A stretch of 36,940 bases of DNA, from the NCBI GenBank assembly GCA_020718465.1, contig DYRY01000002.1:29360-66299 (forward strand). The letters are read 5' to 3'. The position numbers were made by a program, and so were the translations under genes. The stretch's first letter is position 1. The number at the start of each line of letters is the position of its first letter. Source of the DNA: Anaeromyxobacter dehalogenans. Its GTDB lineage: Bacteria; UBP6; JAFGXH01. The notes beneath the pieces were generated by a model. That model had not been told where the DNA came from. It saw only the letters and a program-made list of their open reading frames with translations, and did no database searches. Below, one piece after another: positions 34,035-36,940 of this stretch.

Positions 34035-36629
34035 CTATTTTAATAGATTTATTGATGCTTTTTTTCGTAATAATACAATAAAAAGAGTAAAAATTATTAA
34101 AATCAGTGGTAATTTTGAACTATTAGATGTTTCAAATGAGCAACCACCACTATCTGACGATTTCTTTAAAGGTTTTTCACAAACTCCTTCTACACAGATA
34201 TCTCCATCAATACAATACCCATTTGGATTATAGTCAGAACATCTCTCAACACACATACCTTGAGAGTTACAGATATCCTCACCAGCACAAGCACCATTAA
34301 CATTTGATTTAGAACATGGTATTTGGCAATTGCGATTAATACATATTGTTGATAAATCTAAACAGATTCCAGCAGGATATGAATCTCCGCAAATAGCAAC
34401 ACAATAACCATCAATACACTCTTTTCCTTGAGAACAATAACCATCCAATGCTATTTCAGAACAAGATGATTTACACTCTCCTTCAATACACTTTAATCCA
34501 TTTTCACAATATCCATTAGAAACAGTTTCAGAGCATCTATTCTCTTCACAACTATCATATATAGGAATATTACTTGATGTTTCAAGTAATTTTATATCTA
34601 GATTTGTAAAAATTCCACTTCCACCATAATTTAAAAAATGAATATACCAATCTCCTTCTGAAAAACATGGACCCTGAACTGTTGTAGAACCACTTTGTGA
34701 TTTTAAATCAATAACATAATCTCCATTATGAATTGGAGTTCCTCCCTCTAAATTAAAAGTTACAGGTTCCCCTTTTTTTATAACAATTGATAAAAGTGGT
34801 GCTGGAGCATTCCATCCCCATTGATCAGGATGAGTTCCAAAATCAATTTTCATTGATTTTTTACCTTCTGGAACATTAATTTTATATTGCATATATGATG
34901 TTCCAAACTCTCTTGTTAAGAGAGGATTGTCTCCATTAGATTTTCCTCCAATAAAATCATACATAATATCATTGCTATTATATGGTTTTGCCCTATCACA
35001 CTCAACTAGACCATGTGATTTAAATGCCTGATGAACTATATCTCTATAACTTTCATCAAACTCTGCTGCAATCTCCTCATTTATTACTCTTGCCTCATCC
35101 ATTGAGCATCTTTTAGGAAGAGCTACCATTGCCTTAAATATGATTTTATCTGCAATTTCAGCTCCTAATAACTCTCTAACCTTCCAAAGTGCACCAGAAA
35201 AATATCTGCTATCATAATGAGATTCCCCTTTAACAGCATCAGAACATTTTAAGTTATTATCTAAATTTCTTAAAACTCCAGCATGATTTCCAACAACTGA
35301 ATCATCCGCTATTGTTGATGAAAAATAGTCTGCATATCCCTCATTCATTGCTCCAGGCTCTGCACTTAAACCAAATTTATCAAAATTATAACCAACAAGT
35401 GCTGATGTTTTATCAACAACTCCATGTGTATATTCATGATAAATTACATCACCATCATAAGAGTAGTCACAACTATTTCCTTGACCAAAAACTATTGCAT
35501 CTCCAAAAGGAAATCCAAGCATGGAAGTATAGGCACTTGGTGCAAAAAAAGCATTATCATATCTTTGCCAAATTCCACTTTGATACTCATGATAGTTACT
35601 TATAGCAGTTAATTTTGGCATTAAATCTTTTGAAAAATCATCCTCAAATCTATTCCAAAAATAGTTATGTACTAATGTAACATGATAATACATCTGTATT
35701 GATGAAAAAGGTTCATCTCCAGACATCTCATCAGGAAGATATGTAAATGTGAGATTTTCACCACTCTCCATTGCTTGTGCATCAAGAGTTAAGCCACAGA
35801 TGGTTGATTCTCCATAAGGAGTATTAACTATTTGTGGTCTGCTTGTTTTACAGTTATAAGATACAACATGTTCACCATAAAGTTTTCGATAATATTCACT
35901 ATTTGAATCATAAAACTCTGGTGCAAAATCTGTAAACTCTTTCTCTTCTAGATTTGAAACAGCAGGAGATGGAGAGTATATATTTCCATAAACAGCATCT
36001 AAAATTCTATTTTCTCTTCCAAGTAGTTTACCTGTTTCTGCATTATAGTAGTAGACCCAATTAAGATGAAGAGCCTCTGGTAGATTAATCTCATATAATG
36101 GAAGAATATTTTTCCCATTTTTAATATCAAGTTTTAATATAACTCTATCCAAATAATTATTTGGGTTGAATATTAAACCAAAATCAGCTTTTAATTTTAG
36201 CAAAATATCATGTTTTGATGAGATTTTTTTTGATATAGTCTTATCTAATAATTCATAATCTATATTTTTTATAGTTGAATCTCCAATTTGTCTTAAATTT
36301 TGATTTTTATCAAAAACAAAAATGAGTTCACTATTTAAAATCTCAATATTTTTATAGTTTTGCTTATATTTTAAAACAGCTCCACTCTCTGTTTTAATAT
36401 TTTTGTCTAAATTTATTGTAAAATCATTTTTTTGCAAAAAATTAGAACTACTGTTTTTAAGAAAAAATTTGATTTTCTTCTCTAGTGTTTTTCCCTCTAT
36501 TGATGTATTGAGAAATACTCTTTTTGTTACACCTTTTTCAGAGTATATTTTTTGTGGGTTTAGTTTATCATAAACACTATCTTGATTAATAAGAAGTACT
36601 GATGATAGTAATAAAAATAAAAAATTCAT
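34035..36629 (-). CDS. Secreted thermolysin/fungalysin-like zinc metalloprotease with Cys-rich repeats and a GGCSF-TM-LRKK tag
   Basis: I prefer the ATG at 36629, which has GGAGA 5 nt upstream; the track start at 36647 is a TTG. Signal peptide MNFLFLLLSSVLLI. HEYTH at 35424-35438 followed by GAMNEGYADYF (third-ligand Glu). The C-terminus is SGGCSFETSNSSKLPLILIIFTLFIVLLRKK. Confidence 0.85.
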   Translation of the reverse strand: MNFLFLLLSSVLLINQDSVYDKLNPQKIYSEKGVTKRVFLNTSIEGKTLEKKIKFFLKNSSSNFLQKNDFTINLDKNIKTESGAVLKYKQNYKNIEILNSELIFVFDKNQNLRQIGDSTIKNIDYELLDKTISKKISSKHDILLKLKADFGLIFNPNNYLDRVILKLDIKNGKNILPLYEINLPEALHLNWVYYYNAETGKLLGRENRILDAVYGNIYSPSPAVSNLEEKEFTDFAPEFYDSNSEYYRKLYGEHVVSYNCKTSRPQIVNTPYGESTICGLTLDAQAMESGENLTFTYLPDEMSGDEPFSSIQMYYHVTLVHNYFWNRFEDDFSKDLMPKLTAISNYHEYQSGIWQRYDNAFFAPSAYTSMLGFPFGDAIVFGQGNSCDYSYDGDVIYHEYTHGVVDKTSALVGYNFDKFGLSAEPGAMNEGYADYFSSTIADDSVVGNHAGVLRNLDNNLKCSDAVKGESHYDSRYFSGALWKVRELLGAEIADKIIFKAMVALPKRCSMDEARVINEEIAAEFDESYRDIVHQAFKSHGLVECDRAKPYNSNDIMYDFIGGKSNGDNPLLTREFGTSYMQYKINVPEGKKSMKIDFGTHPDQWGWNAPAPLLSIVIKKGEPVTFNLEGGTPIHNGDYVIDLKSQSGSTTVQGPCFSEGDWYIHFLNYGGSGIFTNLDIKLLETSSNIPIYDSCEENRCSETVSNGYCENGLKCIEGECKSSCSEIALDGYCSQGKECIDGYCVAICGDSYPAGICLDLSTICINRNCQIPCSKSNVNGACAGEDICNSQGMCVERCSDYNPNGYCIDGDICVEGVCEKPLKKSSDSGGCSFETSNSSKLPLILIIFTLFIVLLRKKASINLLK
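34170..34535 (-). repeat. Five tandem 24-25-aa four-Cys modules (C-x7..8-C-x5-C-x4-C) near the protease C-terminus
   Basis: CSETVSNGYCENGLKCIEGEC / CSEIALDGYCSQGKECIDGYC / CGDSYPAGICLDLSTICINRNC / CSKSNVNGACAGEDICNSQGMC / CSDYNPNGYCIDGDICVEGVC. Confidence 0.85.
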
Positions 36630-36756
36630 TTGGTCTCCAAAAATCAACCAACAACAATATAGTAATAAATTAGATAAAAATCAAACTAAAATAAAAAAAT
36701 CTAATAAATAAATAGATATGATTTAAAAATTGTAAAAAGATAGAAAAAATAAAATC

Positions 36757-36873
36757 CTATTGCATATGTAAAAGTGTGTAATTTTCATTCTGGATATTGT
36801 ACTTCTCATTGCTATATGGTTCTGTTTGTAACTCAAATGGGTTTTGTGAGTAGTAGATTACTCTATTTTTCAT
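36757..36873 (-). CDS. Possible 38-aa small protein upstream of the protease gene
   Basis: ATG at 36873 preceded by AGAGG with 7-nt spacing. It reads MKNRVIYYSQNPFELQTEPYSNEKYNIQNENYTLLHMQ, then TAG. The stretch is visibly less AT-rich than its flanks. It is below the length cutoff of the ORF track. Confidence 0.25.
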   Translation of the reverse strand: MKNRVIYYSQNPFELQTEPYSNEKYNIQNENYTLLHMQ

Positions 36874-36940
36874 AAAAAAACCTCTAAAAAAATCGTAAAA
36901 AATAAAAAAATAAAAAAAAAGATAAATAAATAAAAAAAAA

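Noticed and set aside
1202-35612. Short ORFs from the six-frame track that lie inside or antisense to long genes: 1202-1534, 2296-2529, 4433-4615, 6617-6901, 6952-7188, 7215-7460, 9240-9452, 16017-16256, 17435-17623, 19574-19795, 21277-21465, 21570-21791, 22726-23055, 24556-24768, 26614-26808, 31224-31439, 34012-34233, 35312-35605, 35424-35612.
   Set aside because: Each is fully or largely nested in a longer ORF with clear family motifs. Their translations are low-complexity or hydrophobic shadow products typical of AT-rich DNA. None has a convincing RBS.
1-36940. Mobile element, prophage, defence island or biosynthetic gene cluster.
   Set aside because: I recognised no integrase, transposase, recombinase, phage structural gene, toxin-antitoxin, restriction, Cas, or PKS/NRPS/RiPP-maturase motifs. 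Flanking tRNA genes and long inverted repeats are absent. Gene content is mostly conserved housekeeping and envelope functions.

Overview
This is a 36.9-kb, very AT-rich bacterial chromosomal segment (about 70% A+T by eye, not computed). It uses the standard code: TGA is a stop at 8620-8622 and 24381-24383, and Trp is TGG. I support about 34 protein genes on both strands. I recognise no rRNA, tRNA, CRISPR array, transposase, integrase or phage gene, so most of the window looks like core envelope and housekeeping DNA, not an accessory island. Left to right, the genes are:
- A TonB-dependent receptor plus a half-5'-nucleotidase lipoprotein.
- A minus-strand block: CAP-domain surface protein, MglA-family GTPase, soluble histidine kinase, TPR/2-TM protein.
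- A plus-strand block: a paralogous TPR/2-TM protein, an FHA-GAF-sigma54 activator, three lipoprotein or membrane proteins, a TPR lipoprotein, a TonB-C-domain protein and a small secreted protein.
- queG.
- An ECF sigma / zinc-finger anti-sigma pair.
- yfgM-like, bamB-like and pal.
- An MBL hydrolase and murI.
- A solitary ccmE.
- A PflX-type radical SAM enzyme and a THUMP methyltransferase.
- An orphan helical protein.
- An EEP-family nuclease/phosphatase and a mannose-1-P guanylyltransferase.
- RNase J and a lipoprotein.
- A large thermolysin/fungalysin-like metalloprotease.

The combination of MglA, an FHA-type sigma54 activator, MYXO-CTERM-like tags and CxxxY CcmE suggests a Myxococcota/Bdellovibrionota-type lineage with unusually low GC. 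This is inference.

I see no canonical defence or mobile system. The best candidate for an undescribed system is the 3.4-10.5 kb locus. It holds an MglB-less MglA with a Ras-G12-like P-loop change, in an apparent operon with an orphan histidine kinase. It is bracketed by two full-length paralogs of an unplaced TPR/2-TM family and adjoins an FHA-GAF-sigma54 activator.

Secondary points:
- A GGCSF-TM-LRKK C-terminal sorting tag is shared by two secreted proteins.
- Cys-rich module arrays occur in Pal and in the protease.
- The CcmE is a Cys-type variant.
- There are several perfect tandem DNA duplications and one GC-rich structured element.

All homology calls are by-eye motif recognition and need profile or structure searches.
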